Assembly: GCA_963735035.1 (NCBI GenBank)
Contig: CAVTJJ010000004.1
Coordinates: 352,001-416,000 of the forward strand
Length of the DNA: 64,000 bases
Origin: an uncultured candidate division Zixibacteria bacterium
GTDB lineage: Bacteria; Zixibacteria; MSB-5A5; GN15; FEB-12
Direction of reading: 5' to 3'
Shown: piece by piece, positions 11,208 to 22,199 of the stretch
Layout of the letters: each line of letters begins with the position of its first letter
Numbering within the stretch: position 1 is the stretch's first letter
Program-made: the position numbers and the translations under genes
The notes under the pieces: model-generated
What the model was told of the DNA's origin: nothing
The model's input: the letters and a program-made list of their open reading frames with translations, nothing else
Database searches by the model: none

Positions 11208-12098
11208 ATGGGCATTGAGTTCGGCAGTCTGATCCAGCGCTCTTTTGATATTGCCTGGAAGTACAAGACCCTGTGGATTTTCGGTCTGTTTACCGGCGGT
11301 ACATCGGCCTTCAATTTCGACTGGACCAAGAAAGTCGAGTACCAGGCCACGGACTTGAACTTTGCCAGCGAGTGGTTTGACAAGCTTGGCCTGCCGTCGA
11401 CCATGGTGCAGCCAAGCTTCGCGATTCTGGGCGCAATCCTGCTCTGGCTGATAGCACTCGCCCTGCTCTTCTTCATTTGTTACCTAATCTCTCAGCCGGC
11501 GATTATCGATGCCGTCAACAAGATTACTCGAGGGGGGCAATACAACTGGGGAACGTCGTTCTCCAGGGGGACTGATTTCTTCTGGCGTTTTCTGGGTATG
11601 GTCATGGTCGAATTCTTCGTTGTCATTGCCATTCTAGCTGGAGTAGTGATGCCCGCCGTTCTTCTCACGCCGTTCACTCTTCTTCTAACTATACCGGTGG
11701 CGCTGATCTTGTACTTCTTTGTCTTTCACACCTTTCGATTGGGCGGGGTGGCTATGGTGGCGCGAGACAGTCACATCGCCGATGCCATCATTGAGGGTTG
11801 GAACCTGCTGATGCAGAACAAGACCAACTGTTTCCTAATAACCCTGATCGGGCTAGGGCTGGCGATAGCCTTCGCGATCGTGATCGGAATCTTCACGTTC
11901 CTGCTGTATTGGCCGATCAACGCGCTCATACTCAGCTTGACCGGGAATTTGGTGGCGATCTTGATGATGGCGCTGACTATCGGATTGCCGGTGGCGCTGG
12001 TTCTGGGCGGGTACTCCGGGACTTTTTTCAACGCCCTGTACGTGCAGTTCTATTTCCGGATGGTGGAACCACCGCGCCCGGTGGCAGTGGTGGCGTAG
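11208..12098 (+). CDS. Integral membrane protein of unknown function
   Basis: 296 aa, multiple TM helices, GGAGG RBS, AWKYKTLWIFGLF N-terminus. Confidence 0.75.
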   Translation: MGIEFGSLIQRSFDIAWKYKTLWIFGLFTGGTSAFNFDWTKKVEYQATDLNFASEWFDKLGLPSTMVQPSFAILGAILLWLIALALLFFICYLISQPAIIDAVNKITRGGQYNWGTSFSRGTDFFWRFLGMVMVEFFVVIAILAGVVMPAVLLTPFTLLLTIPVALILYFFVFHTFRLGGVAMVARDSHIADAIIEGWNLLMQNKTNCFLITLIGLGLAIAFAIVIGIFTFLLYWPINALILSLTGNLVAILMMALTIGLPVALVLGGYSGTFFNALYVQFYFRMVEPPRPVAVVA

Positions 12099-12189
12099 CG
12101 TAGAATAGTGGGCGGCAGACCTCCCGGTCTGCCCCAATCATCTGCTTTAGTCTTGCCAAGGTTAAGGGTGCGTCGTTAATTCTTCCGGC

Positions 12190-13410
12190 ATGAATAAGAC
12201 AGTATTTGGAATTCTTCTGCTTTTCGCGTGCGCTTCTTCGAGCGCGCAGGTTGATTCCGCCGATTCGGTCGCTCCGGCCACTCCGGCGCCAAGACCGATT
12301 CGCTACGATCTGCCCGTGCCGGAAGTTCGCTTCAATGACCGCGCCGCCATGTTTCAGGCGGAACTGTATCCGGAGTTCTACCTGACCCATTCCGTGGCCC
12401 AGGACCTTCGCTGGGTGCGTGAAAACGACTCGGCGCTGGCCTACTTTTGGCAGACTCAGGGCGACAGCACACTGTGGCTGCTCACTCAGTACTCTGGACT
12501 TGACTGGGTCGAGGACCGTTTCGATCTGTACGTATTGCGCTGGTATCCGTCGTTCGGCGGGTCCGACCCGCTCGTAATTCCAATCGGCGGGATGCGTCGT
12601 GGCGGCACCGCTATTGCCGCGCCCCCTGGAGCGGTTCAGAAATTCAACCTGATCTACCAGTTGGCCCATCGGATGTTGTCCCAGTCGGAGCGGGCCGACG
12701 ATCCGCTGTATCGCTCGATGGCCGGGCATCCGCTTATGCAGCCCAGCCCGTACCGTCGTGATAATCTGGCCGTACTTCTCGCCACCGTGACGGCGCAGAA
12801 GATCCTCGGCCTCGATTCGACGTTCGAAGCTTACCAGTCGGATTTCTTCAAGAGACTTCACCCTGGGCGGGAAGTCTTTGAAAAGTTCCTGCTCACTCAT
12901 TGGGCGCTAACCCCGGAACGTCCGTTGCTGCAGTGGGTGCTCGACGAATCGCCGATGTCGGCGCTGGTCGAGGCTACCCGCGCCCCGGCGCGGTCCGAGG
13001 ATTCGCTTGCCCTGGCTCCGGAATATGTCGAAGGGCTCCCGCTGAAAGGACAGCTCGGATTCTCGATCAAAACGGGCGACAACAACCGTCTCACTATCGA
13101 CAAGATTGACACGTTGCGTCTGGCCTATGCCTGCGGCCTGCGGGTGGGTGACGTGGTCCGTTCGGTGGACGGGAAACGGCCGCGGACACATCGCCAGCTA
13201 ATCGAATTCGTGCTGGTTGGGCTCGACAAGGGTGGCTCGACCGTCTCGGTGTTGCGCAATGAGGCCGAAATCACGATGGTTCTCCGACCCGGGGCTTTCG
13301 CCGGCAGCAAGGACAAGCGGACCAGCCCGTTCGACGACTCCGCGGACACTCTGATTTTCGAGTCTCGTCCCCCGGACAGCTCCAAATCCCGTTCGGTCGG
13401 GCCGCACTAG
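12190..13410 (+). CDS. Secreted protein with C-terminal PDZ domain
   Basis: Signal peptide; LGFSI...AYACGLRVGDVVRSVDGK. Confidence 0.7.
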   Translation: MNKTVFGILLLFACASSSAQVDSADSVAPATPAPRPIRYDLPVPEVRFNDRAAMFQAELYPEFYLTHSVAQDLRWVRENDSALAYFWQTQGDSTLWLLTQYSGLDWVEDRFDLYVLRWYPSFGGSDPLVIPIGGMRRGGTAIAAPPGAVQKFNLIYQLAHRMLSQSERADDPLYRSMAGHPLMQPSPYRRDNLAVLLATVTAQKILGLDSTFEAYQSDFFKRLHPGREVFEKFLLTHWALTPERPLLQWVLDESPMSALVEATRAPARSEDSLALAPEYVEGLPLKGQLGFSIKTGDNNRLTIDKIDTLRLAYACGLRVGDVVRSVDGKRPRTHRQLIEFVLVGLDKGGSTVSVLRNEAEITMVLRPGAFAGSKDKRTSPFDDSADTLIFESRPPDSSKSRSVGPH

Positions 13411-13549
13411 GCTTTCTTTCGTCTTCCAGCCGATTGACGACTGCACTGCCGTAACGTATTCTTCAGCCTAGCCTGTTCATTCGCTGCGTCAGAGTATTAT
13501 CAGGATTTGAAAAGACGGGCGGCGGCACAGGTACGGGAAAGCGGTCCGT

Positions 13550-14458
13550 GTGAGGCTATTCAAGAGTACCAAGCGATATACGGTCTATCTGCTGATCAGA
13601 GGTCTGGCCGCGATATTCAATTTGGTACCGAGGCGAGTCGCCATCTCTATGGGTGGGTGGCTTGGACTGGCCGCCTGGACCATGGCCACGCGCGAACAGC
13701 ACCGGGCGCTCCGTCATCTGACACTGGTTTACGGACGGCATATGTCTCACCGCGAGAGGGTGCGCCTCGCGCGCGATTTCTTTATCAACAGCGGGAAGAA
13801 CGTCGCCGATTTCCTTCGCTTCAAGAAGCATTTCCACAGCGAAATCCTGCCTTTGATTGATATCGAAGGGCTGGAGCATTTCGATGCGGCGTACCGTCGT
13901 GGCAAGGGTCTTATCGGCGTGACCGGGCATATCGGTAATTTTGAGTTGTTAGCGGCCTGTATTCAGAGCCGGGGATACGAAGTCGCCGCAATCGGTCGCG
14001 AACTCAGTAACCCGTACCTTGATCGCATGCTTCTGGCCAATCGTGAGGCGGTCGGGCTGGTCACCATTGCCACCACCGATTCGCCCAAGCGCATGCTTGG
14101 TTGGCTCAAAGACGGCAAGGCGCTCGGGGTATTGATCGACACCGACTCCCACCGCGTACGCGGGGAGTTCATTCCGGCTTTCGGACGTTGGTCTTACACG
14201 CCGGTTGGCCAGACCATCCTCGGACTCCGGATGGGTTCGGCTTTTGTGCCAATGGCGTGCGTGCGGACGGCCGACGACCACTATAAAATAATCGTTTGCC
14301 CCGAAGTGAAAAGCGATCCGGGGGCCGATCCCGACGCTGAAATCTACAATATCACTCTGAAATGTACCCAGGCCCTTGAGGGTATTATCCGCAATTACCC
14401 TGACCAGTGGCCCTGGCAGCACAACCGTTGGCGGACCCGCAAGCCCCGACCTGCTTGA
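13550..14458 (+). CDS. Lipid A late acyltransferase (LpxL/HtrB family)
   Basis: IEGLEH, VTGHIGNFE and YPDQWPWQHNRWR. Confidence 0.85.
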   Translation: MRLFKSTKRYTVYLLIRGLAAIFNLVPRRVAISMGGWLGLAAWTMATREQHRALRHLTLVYGRHMSHRERVRLARDFFINSGKNVADFLRFKKHFHSEILPLIDIEGLEHFDAAYRRGKGLIGVTGHIGNFELLAACIQSRGYEVAAIGRELSNPYLDRMLLANREAVGLVTIATTDSPKRMLGWLKDGKALGVLIDTDSHRVRGEFIPAFGRWSYTPVGQTILGLRMGSAFVPMACVRTADDHYKIIVCPEVKSDPGADPDAEIYNITLKCTQALEGIIRNYPDQWPWQHNRWRTRKPRPA

Positions 14459-14514
14459 CTTTGGGCTGTTTTCTTCGATCTTACTGGTCGAAATACGTAT
14501 AAGAGAGTCGAGCT

Positions 14515-15081
14515 ATGAATATGTTAAGAGTCGGAGTCCTGATATCATTGGCAATGCTGGTTCTTCTGGCGGCGTGCACCCGGAAGAATGTGGCCCCGGG
14601 GGATAAGGGTCCGACCGATTCTGCCCTGAAGCCCGACTCGGAAGTCTCTGGTGCCACCATCTTTCTCTACGATCGCGAAGTAGTTCAGGCCGAAATCCAT
14701 TCCAAACTGATGCGCCGGTTCGAAGCTATCGATTCAACTGTGGCGTACACTCTCGACGTCGATTTTCACGATTCGCTCGGCGCGGTCACGTCCAATCTCA
14801 TTGCCGATTCGGGCGTGATTCGCGAAAAGGACGACCGCATGGAGGTGTTCGGCAAGGTGGTTGTCTTGACTCAGGACTCTACCCGGTTAGACACCGACTT
14901 TCTTCGATGGAACCCCAAGCGGCACAAGATCGAATCGGAATCGTTCGTCAAGTTCACCCGCCGGACTGATATAATGACCGGGTGGGGGATGGAAGCGGAT
15001 CCTGACCTGGGACGTCTCAAGATTCTAAGTCAGGTCTCCGGCTCGGTCTCTGAGACCGAAATCAAGTCCGACTCTTTGTGA
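14515..15081 (+). CDS. lptC: LPS export periplasmic protein LptC (lipoprotein form)
   Basis: Lipobox LAAC; LIADSG, LDTDFLRWN and GWGMEAD, typical of FCB-type LptC. Confidence 0.75.
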   Translation: MNMLRVGVLISLAMLVLLAACTRKNVAPGDKGPTDSALKPDSEVSGATIFLYDREVVQAEIHSKLMRRFEAIDSTVAYTLDVDFHDSLGAVTSNLIADSGVIREKDDRMEVFGKVVVLTQDSTRLDTDFLRWNPKRHKIESESFVKFTRRTDIMTGWGMEADPDLGRLKILSQVSGSVSETEIKSDSL

Positions 15082-15160
15082 CCCGCAAAATCGTCTCGGC
15101 ATCCCTTGTTTTCGGGCGGCGCGCTAGTATATTGTGCTCTCCAAAGGGGTTGATGGGCTG

Positions 15161-15541
15161 ATGGGTAAGCTGGCCGATTTCTTTCAATTTTCAAACGCAC
15201 AATTGCGGTTCCTGATAGTGTTGACCGTGACCGCAGTCGCTATGTCAATATTTCTGCTTCTTCACACCCTCGCGGCTCCGACTTCGGCGGCGCTTACGTT
15301 TCCGGTGATCCTGGGTGACGAGAATTCTCAGTACACCGGTGTGTTCTTGCTTGATCCCAATACCGCCCCGGCTGATTCGCTGGAGCTGCTTCCAGGCATA
15401 GGTCGTGTCCTGGCAGATCGCATCGTCGAATATCGGCAGACCCATCGTTTCGAGCGACCGGTCGACCTCACCGAAGTCAAAGGGATCAGACCAAAACTCT
15501 TTGAGCGGCTCCGTCCGTACATTCGTATTAACCAACCATGA
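15161..15541 (+). CDS. comEA: ComEA-family helix-hairpin-helix DNA-binding protein
   Basis: N-terminal TM; NTAPADSLELLPGIGRVLADRIVEYR...LTEVKGI. Confidence 0.8.
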   Translation: MGKLADFFQFSNAQLRFLIVLTVTAVAMSIFLLLHTLAAPTSAALTFPVILGDENSQYTGVFLLDPNTAPADSLELLPGIGRVLADRIVEYRQTHRFERPVDLTEVKGIRPKLFERLRPYIRINQP

Positions 15542-16395
15542 GCGAACGTTGCACCGGCCTTGATCTGCGCGGGGAAAAACTCCTGGCGGCATCCACTCGT
15601 CTGGAATCAGGTCGCCTGATTGTGGAGCGGCTGGAGACGTCTTCTGCGATCGAATCCCCGCACCTATCACTGGTCGGGGGAGATCGCATCCGACTGGCAG
15701 TGTCAGATCATCACACCATGGTTAAGACCATCCGGTTGAGCGAGACGGGCTCAACAAATCTGAATGATCGCCTTCAGTTTGAACTTATCCAGTCGTTGCT
15801 GGAACCCGCCGAAATGTTTCAGTTCGATCAAGCGTCCAGCGGCATTCCGGAGCGATATCTTGGATTCATCTGGCGGAAGGAATACCTGTACGAGCTTACT
15901 ACGAAACTCGGTCTGAACGAGGAGTCCACCGCGGAACCGGTGTCGTATAGGGCCCGGTCGATAGCTCTCGGGCGGGGGTTTCTGGCGGTTTGTGACGGCC
16001 GTGACGACAACCTGGTCGTTCTGGTAGATCTGGCCGGAGATGGTGCCTCGCTCTGTTATCTCTACAACCGGCATGTGGTCGATGTCGCCGTCATGTCTCT
16101 TGGGGGCTACGATCTGAACGGCGATACAGGACGCCGGAGCTTTGGGGTCGATCTTAGAACACTTATGAATTACAAACTGTCGACCCTGCTCGATTCCGGG
16201 ATCTCGGTGCCTCTGGCCGGTCTGTACCTTACGGGTGAGCAGGTGGACGACGCCGTCATAGCCGCGGTTCAGGAGTCTTTCCCGGTAGCGGTGTCGATTC
16301 CGAAGCCACGCGAGGGATTCTTTGGCGCCTTCGACGATGCCACTCATCGAGCTTTACCCCTCTACCTGATCGCGATCGGTCTGACTGTCAATTAG
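15538..16395 (+). CDS. Hypothetical protein, possibly a divergent PilM-like actin fold
   Basis: TGLDL at the N-terminus, VLVDLAG, LYLTGE, and a C-terminal AIGL; start overlaps the comEA stop. Confidence 0.5.
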   Translation: MSERCTGLDLRGEKLLAASTRLESGRLIVERLETSSAIESPHLSLVGGDRIRLAVSDHHTMVKTIRLSETGSTNLNDRLQFELIQSLLEPAEMFQFDQASSGIPERYLGFIWRKEYLYELTTKLGLNEESTAEPVSYRARSIALGRGFLAVCDGRDDNLVVLVDLAGDGASLCYLYNRHVVDVAVMSLGGYDLNGDTGRRSFGVDLRTLMNYKLSTLLDSGISVPLAGLYLTGEQVDDAVIAAVQESFPVAVSIPKPREGFFGAFDDATHRALPLYLIAIGLTVN

Positions 16396-16470
16396 CTTGC
16401 CATCAGACGTCCGGGATTCTATGTTTGAAATCCGGCGGCTTGGTTGGCCGCCGGATATTCGAGCGTGATT

Positions 16471-16980
16471 ATGACAAGTGAAACTGACATTCGCCTGGGC
16501 CTGTATCCGGGGACTTTCGATCCGGTAACCAACGGCCATATTTCCCTGATTGAGCGCGCCTGCCACATCTTTGATGAAGTGATCGTCGCCGTCGCGGCCA
16601 ATGTCGGCAAGGCCCCGCTTTTCTCTCACGACGAGAGAGTCGCCCTGATGAAGGCCTCGGTGAACCAGCTCGAATCGAACGGGCACATCCGGGTGGTCAA
16701 GTTTGACGGACTCCTGGCGGATTTGGTCCGGGATCTCAAGATTACGGCCATCATTCGCGGGCTGCGCGCGGTCTCCGATTTCGAGAGCGAATTTCAGATG
16801 GCGCTCATGAATCGGAAGTTGGCGCGTGATGTTGAGACGGTTTTCATGATGCCCGCTCTCTCCTGGGTGTACCTCTCATCGTCGATAGTGCGTGATGTGG
16901 CTGCCAACCGGGGCGATGTCAGCGGCCTGGTGCCCGATCCGGTGCTCGAAGCCCTCAAGAAGAAATTTCCGCCTCGATAG
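16471..16980 (+). CDS. coaD: Pantetheine-phosphate adenylyltransferase
   Basis: YPGTFDPVTNGH, RGLRAVSDFE and LSSSIVR. Confidence 0.96.
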   Translation: MTSETDIRLGLYPGTFDPVTNGHISLIERACHIFDEVIVAVAANVGKAPLFSHDERVALMKASVNQLESNGHIRVVKFDGLLADLVRDLKITAIIRGLRAVSDFESEFQMALMNRKLARDVETVFMMPALSWVYLSSSIVRDVAANRGDVSGLVPDPVLEALKKKFPPR

Positions 16981-17038
16981 AATCACCCGGGTGTCGGGGG
17001 CCCTGGCCCGATCACACCCTATGAATTGGACGAATACC

Positions 17039-18607
17039 ATGAGCGAAGAACACGCCCCAACCCCTCCGACCGACGATATCCAGATTCCGCTTACCGATCT
17101 GGTCCGGATCAGACGCGCCAAAGCCCGCGATCTTGCAGCTGCCGGCGTCAATCCGTATCCATACCGGTTCGAGTCGGTCCGACATATCAAAGGAATCCTT
17201 GACGATTTCGACCGTATGGTCGCCGAAGCCACGGTGATACGCATCGCCGGACGCATCATGTCCAATCGCAAGATGGGGAAGGTCTTCTTTGCCGATCTGC
17301 GCGACAGCACCGAGCGGTTACAGATTTATGTCAAGCGCGACATAGTCGGCGAGGATGGGTTCAAGATTTTCGACCAGGTCGATTTGGGAGACATCATTGG
17401 CTGCGAGGGCACCCTGTTCGTAACCAAGACCGGCGAGCGCACTCTTAAGGTCCAATCTTTCGAGTTGCTCACCAAGTCTTTGCACCCGCTGCCCGACAAG
17501 CATTCGGGCCTGACCGACAAGGAAACGCGCTACCGTCGCCGCTACGCTGATTTGATCGTCAACCCGGAAGTTCGCGATACGTTTCGCAAACGTACGAAGA
17601 TCATTCAGATCGTCCGAGATTTTCTGAACGGCGAAGATTTTCTCGAAGTCGAAACGCCGATTTTGCAGCCGCAATACGGCGGCGCCAGCGCCCGGCCGTT
17701 CAAGACGCATCATTTCCGGCTGGACATACCGATGTACCTTCGCATCGCCGACGAACTCTACCTCAAGCGCCTGATAGTTGGAGGTTACGACAAGGTCTGG
17801 GAGTTCTGTAAGGATTTCCGCAACGAAGGTCTCGACCGTTTACACAACCCGGAATTCTCGATGATCGAGCTCTACTGGGCCTACGCCGATTATCGCGACG
17901 TGGCGGCGTTGTTCGAGAATCTCTTACGCCACACCGCGAAGCAACTCACCGGCTCGTACAAAGTGCCCTACGGCGAGCACGTGATCGATTTCGAACCGCC
18001 GTTTCGCTGGGTGACGATGATCGGGTCCATAAGGGAACACACCGGGGTTGATTTTACCGATTTCGATTTTGCCGAATCAAAAGCCGCTGCCAAGAAGCTG
18101 GGCGTGGAAGGCAGCGAGTTGATCAATCGCGGCAAAGTCATCGCCGCGGTGTATGAGGCGAAAGTCGAGCCGACTCTCATTCAGCCGACTTTCGTGGCCG
18201 ATTTCCCGGTGGAAATTTCGCCTCTAGCCAAGAAGCATCGCGCCGATGATCGTCTGACCGAGCGGTTCGAGCTGTTCATCGCCGCGCAGGAAATGGGCAA
18301 TGCCTTTTCTGAGCTGAACGACCCGATGGATCAATTGCAGCGCTTTCTGCAACAGGGGAAGGCGCTGGCGGCGGGTGATGAAGAAGCGCAGCCGCTCGAC
18401 GATGATTTCATTACGGCGCTTGCCTACGGCATGCCGCCGACCGCGGGGCTCGGGTTCGGTATCGACCGCCTGGTGATGCTCCTGACCGATTCGCACTCGA
18501 TCCGCGACGTGGTATTCTTCCCGCAAATGAAGGATCTGCGCGAAGGATCGGTGCCGGTATCGCACATTCTGGCGCAACTTCTGGAAGAGGAACAGTCCTC
18601 GAGTTGA
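17039..18607 (+). CDS. lysS: Lysine--tRNA ligase (class II)
   Basis: RYRRRYADL, FRNEG..HNPEF, ERFELF and GMPPTAGLGFGIDRL. Confidence 0.97.
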   Translation: MSEEHAPTPPTDDIQIPLTDLVRIRRAKARDLAAAGVNPYPYRFESVRHIKGILDDFDRMVAEATVIRIAGRIMSNRKMGKVFFADLRDSTERLQIYVKRDIVGEDGFKIFDQVDLGDIIGCEGTLFVTKTGERTLKVQSFELLTKSLHPLPDKHSGLTDKETRYRRRYADLIVNPEVRDTFRKRTKIIQIVRDFLNGEDFLEVETPILQPQYGGASARPFKTHHFRLDIPMYLRIADELYLKRLIVGGYDKVWEFCKDFRNEGLDRLHNPEFSMIELYWAYADYRDVAALFENLLRHTAKQLTGSYKVPYGEHVIDFEPPFRWVTMIGSIREHTGVDFTDFDFAESKAAAKKLGVEGSELINRGKVIAAVYEAKVEPTLIQPTFVADFPVEISPLAKKHRADDRLTERFELFIAAQEMGNAFSELNDPMDQLQRFLQQGKALAAGDEEAQPLDDDFITALAYGMPPTAGLGFGIDRLVMLLTDSHSIRDVVFFPQMKDLREGSVPVSHILAQLLEEEQSSS

Positions 18608-18620
18608 CGTATAAGGCTAT

Positions 18621-19226
18621 ATGAGACGGCAAAGCACTCACATGGTTGTCGCCGCCGTAATGGCGGCTCTCCTGGTCGGGCTCGCATCCTGCAGCACATT
18701 TCGATCCAGCTATTTCTTACCATCGAACGAGAACCCGGTCTTCTTTGATCACTACCGGTTGACGCCTCGCATTTTCGCTTATAGAGAATCCCGCCTCAAT
18801 GCACCAAGAGTGGTAAGGGGCACATACTCGGTCACCATTAGAGTCCAAGATTCAGTTGCTGACCTTGAAGGTTACGAATGGCAAATGACCGACGAGCAAC
18901 TGAAAAGCCTGTCCGACGGATTCCTGAAACGGATCACTGATGATTTCCTGGTCGATTCGCTCGTGATGTATGAAACTCCCGGCGAGTCGCAGCCGATGGT
19001 GTTGCTGCCGGACCGAACGAACTATGCCCCGCGACGTGAGGATTTCCTGACCTTCAAATTCGGCGAGATTACGTTCCCTCGCGAGACGATACGGCTCCGC
19101 GCCGTACTGCACGTGACCCGTCTAGGATCACCGCCGTCGGCCGATTCGGTCGTGTTTCAATTGAACCGAATTGAACTCGAAGATCGCGGGCTATTGATGA
19201 TGAGCAATCAAACCCAGGGCTATTGA
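18621..19226 (+). CDS. Hypothetical lipoprotein
   Basis: Lipobox LASC; 201 aa. Confidence 0.65.
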   Translation: MRRQSTHMVVAAVMAALLVGLASCSTFRSSYFLPSNENPVFFDHYRLTPRIFAYRESRLNAPRVVRGTYSVTIRVQDSVADLEGYEWQMTDEQLKSLSDGFLKRITDDFLVDSLVMYETPGESQPMVLLPDRTNYAPRREDFLTFKFGEITFPRETIRLRAVLHVTRLGSPPSADSVVFQLNRIELEDRGLLMMSNQTQGY

Positions 19227-19256
19227 GCCACGCGAGTGGCGAAGGAGGCTATAGTC

Positions 19257-19712
19257 ATGGCAAATATAATGACTCCCCCGACGTCAGAGTTTTTCGACAA
19301 CGTCCGGTCCATTGCAGTGATTGGTGTGTCCGAGAACAAAATGAAATTCGGCGCGGCTGCCTATCGTGAGTTGAAAGAGCGAGGCTACGAGGTCTTTCCG
19401 CTACATCCGTCACTTAGGACCTTCGACGGCGCTGCATGCTACGCCGCCTTGTCCGACCTTCCGGTGACACCCGACTGCGTCCTGATAACGGTCAAGCCCT
19501 CACAGGCTGTGGCCGTTGTAAGGCAGACCGCAGAACGGGGTACCAAAAGAATCTGGTTTCAGCAGGGGAAGAATTTCTCTGACGCCGTCAAGCAGGCCGA
19601 TCAGCTCGGTCTTAAGAGCGTTCACGGTCGTTGTATCTTGATGTACGCTGGCCCGGTCAAGGGGATGCACAAGGTGCATCGCTTCTTGAGCAAGTTTTTC
19701 GGAAGATATTGA
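19257..19712 (+). CDS. CoA-binding protein (YccU-like)
   Basis: IAVIGVS, IWFQQG and GRCILMY. Confidence 0.85.
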   Translation: MANIMTPPTSEFFDNVRSIAVIGVSENKMKFGAAAYRELKERGYEVFPLHPSLRTFDGAACYAALSDLPVTPDCVLITVKPSQAVAVVRQTAERGTKRIWFQQGKNFSDAVKQADQLGLKSVHGRCILMYAGPVKGMHKVHRFLSKFFGRY

Positions 19713-19779
19713 ACTTTTCGTTCTGCTTTTCGTCAATCATCTTGAGCTACGAACGCCAACCTAACCGATGAGGTCGATT

Positions 19780-21036
19780 ATGTCTGAGATCAGAATAGTT
19801 CAGGAAAGTGAATTCGAAGAAGTCATCCGCATCGCCGCTGAGGCGTATCCATCGATGGGCGTGACCGGCCGCGAAGCGATTCGTAGCTGGGAGAAACGAC
19901 TGATTACTACCATGCGGGACAAAGACTGGACCCCGTATGGCGTATTTCGCAACGGCAAGATGGTGGGCATCTATCGCAACTTCGATTTCGTCCTCAACGT
20001 TCGTGGCAATCTCATGCCCGCCGGAGGTCTCGGTATGGTGGCGGTCGACCTCACCCACAAAAAGGAACATATTGCCAAGGAGATCGTGGAGTCGTTCCTG
20101 GGGCACTACTATCGCAAAGGCGAGCCCATGACCACGCTCTGGCCGTTCCGTATCGATTTCTATCATCAGATGGGTTTCGGCCTCGGCGGACGTCGTTACC
20201 AGTATCGCATTCGTCCGGAAAGTCTCCCGCGCGGTACCGGCAAAGTGCACATCCGGTATCTGAGCGAGAAAGACATCCCGGCCCTTACCGAATGCTACAA
20301 TCGGCTGGTCGACAAACGCAACGGGATGATCCGCCACAGCGAAGCACGCTGGGAGAACCGATTCGAATTCCTGGAGAAACTCAAGTACATCGGTTGCGAA
20401 TTCGACGGTCGTCTCGACGGGTACCTGGTGTACAATTTCAAGACCCCGGCGAATCCCGGAAGTTTCATGGACAGCGAAATGATCGTGACCGAGCTGTTCT
20501 ATCACACACCACAGGCGCTTTCCGAGTTGCTCGCCTTTCTACATTCACAAGCGGATCAGGTGTCTTGCCTGACGCTGGAAACATCGGATGACGAACTGTA
20601 CTTCATCATGTCTAATCCTGCGATGGCATCCGGAACCAAGATGGCGCCGACCTATCATGACAGCCACATGGCCGGGCTGGGGGTCATGTACCGCGTGATG
20701 GATCTCGGCCGATTGTTTGCCGCGCTGGAGAAACCATCGTTCGGCGATGACCGCCTGACCGTGAAGATCAATCTGCTCGATACTTTCCTCCCCCAGAATC
20801 AGGGGGCGCGAGTAGTCCATTTCGAAGGGGGCCGGGGGAGAGTCGTGGATGACGAACCGGCCGAGGTTGCGATCAGTCTCGATGTGGCCGAGTTCACGTC
20901 GATGCTCATGGCGGCGGTCGGATTCCGCAAACTGCATACTTATGGGCTGGCGACAATATCCGATCATGAGTATATCGATCGCATCGACCGGTTGTTTGCT
21001 TATCCTCAGAAGCCGGTCTGTGTGACGCCGTTCTGA
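19780..21036 (+). CDS. Eis-like GNAT acetyltransferase with C-terminal SCP2-like domain
   Basis: GGLGMVAVDLTHKK, LWPFRIDFYHQMGFG and MYRVMD; about 418 aa. Confidence 0.85.
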   Translation: MSEIRIVQESEFEEVIRIAAEAYPSMGVTGREAIRSWEKRLITTMRDKDWTPYGVFRNGKMVGIYRNFDFVLNVRGNLMPAGGLGMVAVDLTHKKEHIAKEIVESFLGHYYRKGEPMTTLWPFRIDFYHQMGFGLGGRRYQYRIRPESLPRGTGKVHIRYLSEKDIPALTECYNRLVDKRNGMIRHSEARWENRFEFLEKLKYIGCEFDGRLDGYLVYNFKTPANPGSFMDSEMIVTELFYHTPQALSELLAFLHSQADQVSCLTLETSDDELYFIMSNPAMASGTKMAPTYHDSHMAGLGVMYRVMDLGRLFAALEKPSFGDDRLTVKINLLDTFLPQNQGARVVHFEGGRGRVVDDEPAEVAISLDVAEFTSMLMAAVGFRKLHTYGLATISDHEYIDRIDRLFAYPQKPVCVTPF

Positions 21037-21421
21037 CGGGTACCCCACAGCTTGCTGTGGGATCGACCGCTAATGCTGTCTTACCCCGCTTTAGGCGGGG
21101 CACCCAAGGGTTGTTTGTTATGTGCCCGGCAGATGCCCACATCTGCCGGCTCGTACCTCTAACGGTCTATGTCTGTCTTGCCCCGCTTCAGGCGGGGCAC
21201 CCATGAATGCGAGCGACAAGTCCGCACGTTTTCCCCTTGCGTCACACAGCGGCGTAAGTTATTCTACCTAACAGGAGACAGCATCCCCTGTATCTTGAGG
21301 GTTCCGGCACGACACCACGTTAATTGTATTCGGCAGGGTTCCATTCCTGCCGGACGGTCGAAAGGGGTAGCCCACAGCTTGCTGTGGGTTGGTGGAAACT
21401 GAAGCAGTGAGGGAGTAGTAG

Positions 21422-22074
21422 ATGATGCAAATCAAGAGTAAAGTAGTATGGGTTATGGGGGGGTGACGCTGGTAGCGCTCGCCTATCTCATTGGCACACA
21501 GTCGGCTGAGTGGATGAATGAGTGGAATTTCAGCCGCCACGCCGATGAGTACCGCACCCAGGTCGCTGACCAGACGGCGGCAATTCTGAGGAAGATGGGG
21601 ACAATCAAAGTGGGTGACACACTGGGGAACTTCCCGCTGGAAGACATCGATGGGAAGTTGCATCTGTTATCGGAACTGGTGACAGATAGGACATTAATTA
21701 CTTACATGAAGCCGGACTGCGATGCATGTCTGGAAGAACTCGAGCGATTGCGAAGCGTCGCCAAAGGCCCGGATGATTACGAGCATGTGATATTGATCAC
21801 CTCGGCCAATCCGTTGCACATGCAGCGCATACGAGAAGATTACGGTCTGGGGTGTGAGATTTTGTACGATAATGAACGACAGTTTGGTGCGGCGTTGAAG
21901 ATACAGTTGTTTCCTTTCAACCTGGTAGTTGATCGCAACAGTGTGGTACAAGAAATTCATGCGAACACGCTTCTACCGGATGACTATGAACAGTTGTTTG
22001 AAGCGGCTCGTTCCGTCACACCCGCGCAGGCGGGTGCCGAGATTATTCGTCATGCTGTGCCTGTCGAAGGGTGA
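21422..22074 (+). CDS. Membrane-anchored thioredoxin-fold redoxin (CxxC); possible frameshift in the G7 tract at 21457-21463
   Basis: KVGDTLGNFPLEDIDGK, PDCDACLEE and FPFNLVVD. The GAGGGAG RBS precedes ATG 21422, which is out of frame by one G. Confidence 0.75.
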
Positions 22075-22199
22075 ATAGGTAACAAATGCAATGCTGCCTG
22101 ACTGTCCGTTCATGATATGAACACAAATCGCATCACATATGAGTCGAGCCGAGAAGAGGTGTTCTCCGCAAATTATGACTCGAGAGGAGGTGATGACAA

